Shown here one piece after another: positions 52,529-61,378 of a stretch of 64,000 nt of DNA (position 1 is the stretch's first letter; every line of letters begins with the position of its first letter). The DNA is taken from NCBI GenBank assembly GCA_030539115.1, contig JAUNSR010000016.1:1999-65998 (forward strand), read 5' to 3'. Origin of the DNA: Bacteroidales bacterium (GTDB lineage Bacteria; Bacteroidota; Bacteroidia; Bacteroidales; JAUNSR01). The position numbers were made by a program, and so were the translations under genes. Below the pieces are notes generated by a model, which was not told the DNA's origin, searched no databases, and worked only from the letters and a program-made list of their open reading frames with translations.

Positions 52529-55500
52529 TTAATCAATATATTTTATTGATTCAATAACAACAGGACCAACCAAACCGGAAGGTTCAAGAGGTGTTTCAGC
52601 ATTCCATTGCTGAACGGTCATCCAAATTTTTCTTTGATCCTCAGGCAATCTTAAATCGCCGACGATTCTATTAACCCAAGTGTTTACCACCTCAATTTCA
52701 ACATCATTCTCTCCTGTTTTAACAAAATTGGAAATATCAAGTCTGTAAGGCTCTGTCCAAACTCCACCGGCATATTGACCATTAATCTTAACCTTAGCCA
52801 TCACATACACCTTGTCCATATCAATAAAAATATTGCCTTCAGGTTTTGAGTCAAGATTAAACTTGTTCTTATAGATAATATTTCCTGAATAATATTTCAC
52901 ATCATCAATTTCACTCTTTGATAAATCCTGAGGCTCTGTCATTTTTAAAGATTCCTTTGGCCCGCGCTTGTTTTCATCCAGCTTAACCTCCCAGTCGGTA
53001 ATTGAAGCTATAACTTTAGGCTGAGGATAATTCATGTTTACATCGATTTTTGAAGAAGATGACGATTTTTCATTAAATACAATAAATGCACTCTCAAGAG
53101 ATGCCAATTTCATTGGTACTATTGTTCCGGTTTCTGTCTCTGAGTATGAGGGCAGTTCTCTTATTGAACCCGTTGTTGCATCCCAAAGTTGAGGTTTCAA
53201 GCCTTTTACCCTGAATTCAGGGGCAATTTCAATATCGCCATAACTTTGATTGCTTACAAAATAAATCTCTTTTCCATCAACTGTGCGGTGCCCATAAAGG
53301 ATTGGATCGTTGTCTTTTGTCTTGCAGTCAGGCACACATTTAATAAAATCGAGAGCCTCTTTCATATCCATGCCATTTATTACCATTCCATTGCCAATCT
53401 TTGCAGATTTCACATTTGTGCCATCAATTTCTTTCCAAAGTTGCGCAGCCATCAATTTTACCTGATTGTCTGCCTGAGGATAATTTTGCAAACTTGGAGA
53501 ATACTCAGGAGCAGGTCCAAGAATTACCGCACCTTGCTCAACAAGATATTTAATCTTTTCCAAAAGAGCAGGTCTCATTGTCATCAGTTTAGGCAAAACA
53601 AGTATTTTGTACTGAGTGCCATGAGGCAATGTCAGTAATCCATCCTTTACAGTCATGTTCTTTTCGATAACCTCTGCATTGATATAATCAAACTGGTATC
53701 CTTTAGGAATTTCAGGGTCACGAACACCTGTCATCTTTGGCGCATCCTCGCCAATAAAGTATGCTACATCAGCAACGTTCAAACCTTGCTGAAGCATGAA
53801 ATTCACTCTTTTTAGATAAGAGGTAAAAAGGTCAATTTGTTCAAACCAAGTGTTGTTTCTGTTAAACTCGGTTCCCCAAGGAGCATTTACTCCCGGCAGC
53901 CTTGACTCGTCATAAGGCTGCTCGATATATACATGCAATAAAGTATTATTGATACCTTCAGAGAAGAAGCGGTCTCCGCGCTGTTTCATCATGCCTGGAT
54001 ATCTTTTAAAAGGAGCTCCTCCGCAAGTAAATGATTCGGCAGAGATTTTTGTTTTTCCATAAATGTGACCGCATGAGGATGCTGCACGGTTTTCAATATT
54101 ACCCAATTCTCCTTCGCCCCAATATTCTCCACCAATCTCATCGGATTGACCGCCATATTGAAGAAATTCTCCCGGAAAACCCCAGTGTCCGTAATTTTCA
54201 AGCCATGTTGTCAACCCATATTTATGAGAAACATCTCTTAATCCTCCTACATAGTCATAAGCCACCTTATCTGCGATTAAACGCCTAAGGTCCCACAGAA
54301 AACGGTCAGAGATATCCTCGTTTTTTACAATCTTTCCTGAAAATACAGGAAGGAAAGGTATAGGGTCATAACCATACACCTCTTTAAATTCTTCAAGAAA
54401 TTCGTCAGTGAAATTCTGACCACCGGTTTCATAGCTGTCCTGAACAACCACTTTCCAGCATTTGCGGTCCTGTTCAGGTATTCTTCTGATTATTTCACCC
54501 ATATATGCGTCAAAATGAGATTCGACATGCTTCTTGCTCATCTTGTCAACTTCAAGACCAACAGCTTCTTTACTTGCAGGGCCGTTAGTTACGCCCGTTG
54601 TTCTCATTCCTGTTCTTAAGATTACCCATTTTCCCTGAGGAGCATCCCATTTAAGATTGTCCCCGTCAAGGTTTGCCGTCAGGTCAATGATTGAATCGGG
54701 ATTGATAACGCCTTTTCCATCTGTCGTTTCAAATTGTCTCGGCCACTGGTATTCATTCCAATAAGGAAGCGGGCTTTGAAACATTTTGGCAAGTGTTTTT
54801 TCAGGATATCTTTCCAGTGCAGGAGCATCGGAAAGAACTATTTGGCGAAAGCCGTTCCCCGGATTCTGACCCTTAATTATAAGGCGCACATCTTTTGCCT
54901 GTGTTGGAGCAAAGGAAACAACAACCGGTGCTTTTGCATCAAAACCGACATTTGAGGCTGAGTTATATCTATCTATCTTAAACTCAGAGATTGTTGTGTA
55001 GTTGCCATCCGAATTTTTTACCTGAAGTCGGGCAGGAGAGTTTATAGCCCCATCATTTACATAGAGCTTTATAGAGCGAAGCATTACAGGCTTTTCTGTG
55101 CTGAAGTCAATAGTCCAGTCACTGCCCGGGGTGCCATCAAAATTGGCTGTCGTTTCCAAACTGCCATCGATAAGATTGTTCAAGTCTTTAACGGCAGGGG
55201 TGGATTTAACTCTTGAATTGCTTGTCCGTAGTATTGTTCTCGCACTCTCATTGAAAGCGGGATATGCCAAAACTCTGACATCTTCAAAATACCCCTCAGG
55301 TTTTGAAAGAGTGATATTAACCTCCTTGCCGCCATCAACTTCTGTTGAAGTTGAAGCAAGATATCTCATTGCCTGCTCAGGCTTAATCCAGGGACCTCCC
55401 GACTGACTCCAGCCCGGGGAATTGAAAACGCCGAGTTCTATATCCAAATCGGTGGCTGTTTTCATAGCTGTGTGAAGAATTTTCCACCATTCTTCAGATC

Positions 55501-55777
55501 CGAACTTTACATCTCCATAGGCTACCTCATTATCTCCAAGACCGATGTTTCCAATAAAAGCACGGTTTATGCCCGCTTCTTTCATTGACTTTAAATCTTT
55601 GATAACTCCCTCTTCAGAGATATTATCAGATACCCAATACCAATAAACGGAGGTTTGAATACTTTTTGGTGGATTCTTAAATCCTTTTTCCATTTCACCA
55701 TCCTTAGAGCAGGAAGAAAAAAACGAAAAAGCTGTCAATGCTAATGAAATTGACAATAAGCTTAGATTCTTTTTCAT
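52529..55777 (-). CDS. GH106-like glycosyl hydrolase (alpha-L-rhamnosidase-like), lipoprotein
   Basis: Lipobox FSSC; YWYW..NIS..G..KDL..M, PGWSQSGGPWI, GLEVDK, DSYE, AESFT, VVNTWVNR..GD, PSGL.GPV. Confidence 0.8.
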   Translation of the reverse strand: MKKNLSLLSISLALTAFSFFSSCSKDGEMEKGFKNPPKSIQTSVYWYWVSDNISEEGVIKDLKSMKEAGINRAFIGNIGLGDNEVAYGDVKFGSEEWWKILHTAMKTATDLDIELGVFNSPGWSQSGGPWIKPEQAMRYLASTSTEVDGGKEVNITLSKPEGYFEDVRVLAYPAFNESARTILRTSNSRVKSTPAVKDLNNLIDGSLETTANFDGTPGSDWTIDFSTEKPVMLRSIKLYVNDGAINSPARLQVKNSDGNYTTISEFKIDRYNSASNVGFDAKAPVVVSFAPTQAKDVRLIIKGQNPGNGFRQIVLSDAPALERYPEKTLAKMFQSPLPYWNEYQWPRQFETTDGKGVINPDSIIDLTANLDGDNLKWDAPQGKWVILRTGMRTTGVTNGPASKEAVGLEVDKMSKKHVESHFDAYMGEIIRRIPEQDRKCWKVVVQDSYETGGQNFTDEFLEEFKEVYGYDPIPFLPVFSGKIVKNEDISDRFLWDLRRLIADKVAYDYVGGLRDVSHKYGLTTWLENYGHWGFPGEFLQYGGQSDEIGGEYWGEGELGNIENRAASSCGHIYGKTKISAESFTCGGAPFKRYPGMMKQRGDRFFSEGINNTLLHVYIEQPYDESRLPGVNAPWGTEFNRNNTWFEQIDLFTSYLKRVNFMLQQGLNVADVAYFIGEDAPKMTGVRDPEIPKGYQFDYINAEVIEKNMTVKDGLLTLPHGTQYKILVLPKLMTMRPALLEKIKYLVEQGAVILGPAPEYSPSLQNYPQADNQVKLMAAQLWKEIDGTNVKSAKIGNGMVINGMDMKEALDFIKCVPDCKTKDNDPILYGHRTVDGKEIYFVSNQSYGDIEIAPEFRVKGLKPQLWDATTGSIRELPSYSETETGTIVPMKLASLESAFIVFNEKSSSSSKIDVNMNYPQPKVIASITDWEVKLDENKRGPKESLKMTEPQDLSKSEIDDVKYYSGNIIYKNKFNLDSKPEGNIFIDMDKVYVMAKVKINGQYAGGVWTEPYRLDISNFVKTGENDVEIEVVNTWVNRIVGDLRLPEDQRKIWMTVQQWNAETPLEPSGLVGPVVIESIKYID

Positions 55778-56136
55778 GGTAATAATCTTTCAAACTATAT
55801 ACTATAATAAATTTCTGAATACATTCTTTTTTACATGGTTCTCTCCAAAATATATATACATTTTATACAAAAGTAAAAATATCCGATATCTAAGATGTTT
55901 TAAATATGACCTATCACTTGTTATTTTTGATAATATTTTTTCTTTTTTGATTAATAAATAGATGGTTATGTAAAATATTAAATTATTTGTTGAAACATTT
56001 TATTACTAAAATAATAAATTTGTGAATAAATAAGCGTAAAAGATATTTTCTTAAACATTTTATAGATCTGATTGGTGCTGATGGAATTTTTGAAACAAGA
56101 GATTTATATTTTTTTAAATCCTATAAATAATTACCG

Positions 56137-57594
56137 ATGAAAAAGACATTCCTTTTAATTATGGCGCTCTTTGCAATGAATCTTGCAAATGCCGCTATTA
56201 AGCTTCCAAAAGTTATTGGAGACAATATGGTGCTTCAAAGAAATTCAAATGTAAATCTTTGGGGCGAAGCCTCTCCAAACAAAACAGTAAAAATTAAAAC
56301 ATCCTGGAACGGTAAACAATATTCCGTCAAGTCAGACAATGATGGCAATTGGAAAGTTGCTGTTGTTACCTCTTCAGAAGGGGGCCCCTATACAATAGAA
56401 ATCACTGACGGTGAAAAATTGGAACTTAAAAACATTCTTCTTGGAGAGGTTTGGATCTGCTCAGGACAATCAAATATGGAGATGCCTGTTAAAGGGTTTG
56501 TTAACCAACCTGTTGAGAATGCGGCAAAATATATTACTGAGGCTTCTCAATATCCTCAGATAAGAATGTTTACCGTAGAAAGAAATTCAATTGATGAGGC
56601 TCCTCAAAAAGATTGTAAAGGAGGAGAATGGCTTACCTCAACACCAAAAAGTGTGGCAGACTTTAGCGCGACAGGCTATTTCTTTGGATATACACTAAAT
56701 AAAATGCTGAATATTCCTATTGGGCTTATAACAACCAATTGGGGAGGGTCAACTATTGAAACTTGGATGACAAAAGAGTCGATAAGCTCAATCCCTGGTG
56801 TAAATATGGAGGTTATTTCAAACTATAAGAATGATAATGCAAGAGCACAGGCTTTATATAATGGAATGATCAACCCGATAAAAAATTTTACAGCCAAAGG
56901 TTTTATCTGGTATCAAGGCGAATCAAACAGAGGTAATTATTATGATTATGCGTCTCTAATGAAAAAAATGATCGAGCTTTGGCGCACTGAATGGAATGAC
57001 CAGGAGATGCCTTTTTATATGGTTCAGCTTGCACCTTACAATTATGAGGGAGCTCAATATCGTAGTCTGCCTTTGGTTATTGAAGCTCAATATAAAGCAG
57101 CTTCAGAGCTAAAACACTGTGACGTTGCCGCTACAACAGATATCGGTCATCCTCAGTGCATTCATCCGAGTCGTAAGCTTCAGGTTGGTCAGCGTCTTGC
57201 TTATCTTGCCTTGGCAAATGACTATGGCATTGAAGGGCTTCCTGCAAATTCTCCTACATATAAATCTCTTGAGATTAAAGATAATAAAGTTGTTTTATCA
57301 TTTAACAATGTAAACAATGATAATAGTTTTTGCGGTTTCTCCACAACAGGAGTTAATAGTTTTGAGGGATTTGAGATTGCCGGAGAAGATCAGGTGTTCT
57401 ATCCTGCACAAGCTAATCTTGTATGGTGGCAAAATAAAATGGAGGTAAAAAGCGACAACGTTGCTAAGCCGGTTGCTGTCAGATATGGTTTTGCAAACTT
57501 CAGCACTGCAAATGTGACAACAGCCTTGGGACTTCCATTAGTGCCTTTTAGAACTGACAACTGGGACATTCCACAAAACCAGATATTCAAATAA
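56137..57594 (+). CDS. Sialate O-acetylesterase-family esterase
   Basis: DNMVLQR, GEVWICSGQSNM, WYQGESN, IHP..K..VG.RLA, VAVRY, PFRTD. Confidence 0.88.
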   Translation: MKKTFLLIMALFAMNLANAAIKLPKVIGDNMVLQRNSNVNLWGEASPNKTVKIKTSWNGKQYSVKSDNDGNWKVAVVTSSEGGPYTIEITDGEKLELKNILLGEVWICSGQSNMEMPVKGFVNQPVENAAKYITEASQYPQIRMFTVERNSIDEAPQKDCKGGEWLTSTPKSVADFSATGYFFGYTLNKMLNIPIGLITTNWGGSTIETWMTKESISSIPGVNMEVISNYKNDNARAQALYNGMINPIKNFTAKGFIWYQGESNRGNYYDYASLMKKMIELWRTEWNDQEMPFYMVQLAPYNYEGAQYRSLPLVIEAQYKAASELKHCDVAATTDIGHPQCIHPSRKLQVGQRLAYLALANDYGIEGLPANSPTYKSLEIKDNKVVLSFNNVNNDNSFCGFSTTGVNSFEGFEIAGEDQVFYPAQANLVWWQNKMEVKSDNVAKPVAVRYGFANFSTANVTTALGLPLVPFRTDNWDIPQNQIFK

Positions 57595-57732
57595 TAGGTG
57601 ATTTAAGTCTTTATTTTTATTTGAAAGACTATGTTTTTTGATATTTGAAATTGTTTTATAAAAATAATAAAGAGAGGAAGAATATTATTAATGATATTTC
57701 TTTCTCTCTTTATTATATATAAATAGTCTTTG

Positions 57733-58623
57733 TTACAGAACTTGTGAAACTGCCTCCTCTTTTCTTGTTTTAAGAACAACCAATGCCACTGCAATAAGAA
57801 TTGAACAAATGCCAAATGCATTGCTGAATCCAAAAGGTTCTTTAAAAACCACCACACCAATAGCAACTGCAGTTAATGGCTCCATACATCCAAGAATTGA
57901 AGTAATTGTAGGTCCGATATATTTTACTGCAAGAATTAATGTTAAATCGGAAATAACTGTAGGCAGAAGCGCAAGCAGAAACAAGTTAATGCCGGCAGAG
58001 GTGTCGGGTATCATTTCAATACCTCCGTCTAAAAGTGCATTAATCAAAAAGAATATAGAGCTTGAAAACAGAATGTAAAATGTCAAGGCATATTCGTTGA
58101 GGTGCTTTATATTGCTCTTTTGCAGCCCTACAATATATAGTGCGTAGGTAAATATTGAACTAAGTGCGAAAACTATCCCCATCGGTTCTATCTCTCCAGC
58201 TTTACTCCAGCTTAATACTGAAACTCCAATCAATGATAGGCCTATTGCGGCAATAATTGATGATGAGGTGCTCTCTTTAAAGAAAAATATCATAATTAAA
58301 GCAACCATGAGCGGATAGAGAAAGTGTATTGTTGTGGCTATTCCGCTTGGAATTTTTGTGTATGCTACAAGCAGCAGCAATGCCGTTGCCGCGTAAAAAA
58401 ATCCAAGTATAATGATTGTGAAAATTTCCTTACTGGAAATCTTCTCAAACTTTCCTTTGAAAAAGGTGATCAATCCCATGATAATTGCTGAGAGTATAAA
58501 TCTGTATGACAATACTGAAGATGTGCTCATCCCTGTGTTTAACACCGGTAATGCAAGAAGCGGTATCAAACCGAATGTTGCAGAAGAGGCAATTGCAAAG
58601 AATAATCCTTTTAGTCTTTTCAT
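57733..58623 (-). CDS. EamA/DMT-family transporter
   Basis: About 10 TM segments, ATTIHFLYP, SILGCMEPLTA. Confidence 0.88.
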   Translation of the reverse strand: MKRLKGLFFAIASSATFGLIPLLALPVLNTGMSTSSVLSYRFILSAIIMGLITFFKGKFEKISSKEIFTIIILGFFYAATALLLLVAYTKIPSGIATTIHFLYPLMVALIMIFFFKESTSSSIIAAIGLSLIGVSVLSWSKAGEIEPMGIVFALSSIFTYALYIVGLQKSNIKHLNEYALTFYILFSSSIFFLINALLDGGIEMIPDTSAGINLFLLALLPTVISDLTLILAVKYIGPTITSILGCMEPLTAVAIGVVVFKEPFGFSNAFGICSILIAVALVVLKTRKEEAVSQVL

Positions 58624-58633
58624 TTATTTATTT

Positions 58634-58935
58634 CTTTTATCTAATATTTTTTACATTAATGTACAAATGCGCCATTTATATACCTTTTGGTGGGTATCTC
58701 ATCTATAGGCAAGTTATGGCGGTTTCATTTGTGAATATCTTTTATCTAATATTTTTTACATTAATGTACAAATGCGCCACTTATATACCTTTTTATTGGT
58801 ATCTCATCTATAGGCAAGTTATGGCGGTTTCATTTGTATAAAATTCTATTTTTTAATTTTAGTACAAATGCGCCATTTTTCAGTCTCTTGTGTTGCGTAT
58901 CAACTTTTGGTGGCTGTGGCGATTTTATTTATTAG
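58634..58935 (-). repeat. Three tandem copies of the structured leader element (cores 58662-58733, 58767-58838, 58863-58933)
   Basis: GTACAAATGCGCCA recurs at 58661, 58766 and 58862 (periods 105 and 96 bp); the first two units are near-identical. Confidence 0.9.
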
Positions 58936-58962
58936 CAGCTATTAAAGTTTATGTATAGAAAT

Positions 58963-58998
58963 AAAAAAAGACCTGCTATAAAAATATAACAGGTCTTT
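58963..58998 (-). terminator. Terminator of tRNA-Met
   Basis: AAAGACCTG / CAGGTCTTT stem with T7 on the minus strand directly after CCA. Confidence 0.75.
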
Positions 58999-59000
58999 AT

Positions 59001-59077
59001 TGGTAGCGAGACCGGGGCATGATCCCGGGACCTCATGATTATGAATCATGCGCTCTAACCAACTGAGCTATCTCGCC
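59001..59077 (-). tRNA. tRNA-Met (CAT), elongator type, CCA encoded
   Basis: Complete cloverleaf: GGCGAGA/TCTCGCT acceptor, CATGA-TTCATAA-TCATG anticodon arm; lacks initiator hallmarks; Ile2 not fully excluded. Confidence 0.93.
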
Positions 59078-59107
59078 GTCAAAACATTTTTGTTTTTGAT
59101 TGCGGTG

Positions 59108-59115
59108 CAAAGATA
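59108..59115 (-). promoter_or_regulatory. -7 promoter element of tRNA-Met
   Basis: TATCTTTG(CAC) about 30 nt upstream of the tRNA. Confidence 0.7.
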
Positions 59116-59774
59116 GATGTAATATTGATATGTGCAACTATTTTTGAGCGAAAAATATTTTACCAATACTTCTCCGGTGCTTATGCCGATGGCTTTTGCC
59201 TTAATATTCAAAGTTATAGCCAAAGTATTAAAAAATTAAAAAATCATTTTTGATTTATTTAAAATGCATCCTACTTTCATGAACTTAATTTTATCGCCCA
59301 TTTTATACTTACCCACGTGCTAAGATGGTTAATTGATTGTGGGTGCTTTTTGTACTATTTAATTCTTTTTGTATATAGATTTTTTATCTTCGATGCCTTA
59401 TGATCGTTTTATATGTAATGATTGTTTTTAGTTATTATAGTACACTTGTTTATTTTAATTATCAAATTTTTAATTTTCATCAAACAAAAATTTAATATAC
59501 TTAAGTTGTTTTTACAAATAATATTAATATCGTATTATAAATACTTAAGTCTTTGTTATAAAATATTCAAGTAATTTAAAAAATATGTTGTGGAAAAGTT
59601 GAAAAAGACCGTTCAAAATTAATTAATTGATGGTATCTATTATAAAATAAGCTAAAGACTTGAAAAAAAGGCTGTTTGTTTGAGATGAATGATAAAAGAA
59701 TTTAGAAAGAGGTTGCTTTTGATGGCTTTTGAGGATTTTATCTTAATTTTTAATGTTGGAGTGTATACAATAAA

Positions 59775-59816
59775 TAAAGCCTGTTTAAGATAAATTTTTG
59801 TCTTAAACAGGCTTTA
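59775..59816 (-). terminator. Hairpin downstream of the 59842-60546 gene
   Basis: TAAAGCCTGTTTAAGA / TCTTAAACAGGCTTTA perfect inverted repeat. Confidence 0.7.
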
Positions 59817-59841
59817 AATTATTATGAAAACAAAAAAATAT

Positions 59842-60546
59842 TTAATCCAACTCTTTTATTATTTTATTACATTTTACATCACCGCACACACTTGTTCCAT
59901 ATCTGCATTTTTTAGAATTTATCTTTTTCTCTTCAATAATACCTTTATCGTTAACGGTGTAATTATAATAGTCCAAATCGCCATCCAAAATGCAGCTATC
60001 TACTGTATTAACTACATATTCCAACATTGTACCATTTTTAATATTAAGGCTTAAAAGATCTTTGTTATTTTCACTTTTTTCAAATTCCCCGATAGCAAAA
60101 TGTTGATCACTGGATTTGCCTATTATTTTTTCATCTATAATTTTACCTGATTTGTCATATACTATCATGTAAAAATAATTAATCCATAATCCAAACTTTG
60201 TGGTACAGTCACTACAATTCATATTAAAAATAGCTATAGTGTATTTGTCAAATGTAAATTTGAATCCGTAAGAATAAAAATTGGATTTATTAACTTTTTC
60301 ACATGGATACTTTTCTGAGCAAATAAATTTTAAAACATATTCTGTTGAAATTTCAGAGTTGTCATTTTTTGATTTTTGTAGTTTCTTGTCATAACGAGAA
60401 AAATAGTTACCCAAAGAGTCACTGTTGAATTCCATAGGAAGCTCCCTCTCTTTGAAGTTGTTTATATACTTTTGAAAGTTGTCTTCCTGAGCCATTGCAA
60501 CAAATTGGCAAAAGACCAAAAGAATTGTCAGAATTTCGGTTCTCAT
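59842..60546 (-). CDS. Hypothetical secreted protein
   Basis: Signal peptide ending AMA-Q; several Cys; no recognised family. Confidence 0.65.
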   Translation of the reverse strand: MRTEILTILLVFCQFVAMAQEDNFQKYINNFKERELPMEFNSDSLGNYFSRYDKKLQKSKNDNSEISTEYVLKFICSEKYPCEKVNKSNFYSYGFKFTFDKYTIAIFNMNCSDCTTKFGLWINYFYMIVYDKSGKIIDEKIIGKSSDQHFAIGEFEKSENNKDLLSLNIKNGTMLEYVVNTVDSCILDGDLDYYNYTVNDKGIIEEKKINSKKCRYGTSVCGDVKCNKIIKELD

Positions 60547-60744
60547 ATTTGTATTGGTATTAAATATATTAATAACTAAAATTAATAATGGTGTTTTTTT
60601 ATTATATTAGTTGTCATAACATTTTAGATATGATGTATTCGGTTTTAGATGTGAGGGTGATTCCACTTGGAAATTCTAATGTTATTGTTTATTAACCTGT
60701 TACTGTTTTGACAGCATTTCAATTTAACCTTATTTTTAATGCTT

Positions 60745-61320
60745 ATGGGAAAGCGATTTAACCTTATCATATATCTGACTATACTGATGTTTTGCTTCAA
60801 TACGGTTTTAGGATAGAGAGATTCTGTTTTGTATAGGAACTTGGTAAATCAAAACAATGGATATATTCATGAAAAAGTTTATACAATGACAGACCGCGGA
60901 TATTATTATGCAGGCGATATAGTTTGGTTGAGAAGCTTTATTGTAGATGCGGCAACAAATCGGCTTTTAAACTCAAGCATTTATAATTATATTGATTTGA
61001 TAGACTGGAGAACAAGAAAGACTGTAAGGTCGGTTGTTGTCAGGCGCAGTGACAATGATATATATAAAGGCTATATAGCTCTTGATGATACATTGATGAG
61101 CGGAAAATATCTGTTGAAGTCTTACACCAAATACCAGCTTTCAGACAACCGGGCAAATTGTCTATTTTATAATAATGATATTGGCAGGTATGCCGACTTG
61201 CTTATGATGTTGGAGGAATGGACAAGTTATAATATTGATAGGGCATTAAAAGGAGAAATTGAAAAGCCGATGATGTCGTTTGAAAGTAAGCATCCGTTGA
61301 TATCGATGAACAGGGAATAA
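60745..61320 (+). pseudogene. Remnant of a large MG2-like / TonB-plug-associated secreted protein
   Basis: ATG 60745 with signal peptide, TAG 60814-60816, then EKVY..TDR.YY.AGD.VW, G.Y.LKSYT joined to ADLLMM...W..Y. Confidence 0.65.
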
Positions 61321-61378
61321 GTATTATATTTGAAAATAAATTTTTAATATCACTTGGTGTTCCCAAATTTTCATAGAT

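Noticed and set aside
58506-58841. 111-aa ORF with an internal peptide repeat
   Set aside because: By-product of the 105-bp DNA duplication; it overlaps EamA in antisense.
58634-58935. CRISPR array
   Set aside because: Units are ~100 bp, the would-be spacers are near-identical, no cas genes are present, and homologous single copies occur elsewhere.
38623-60816. TAG recoding suggested by two in-frame amber codons (38623 and 60814)
   Set aside because: TAG is the ordinary stop of intact genes here (mscL, DUF4919, metA, phosphoesterase), and both affected genes are also truncated or deleted.
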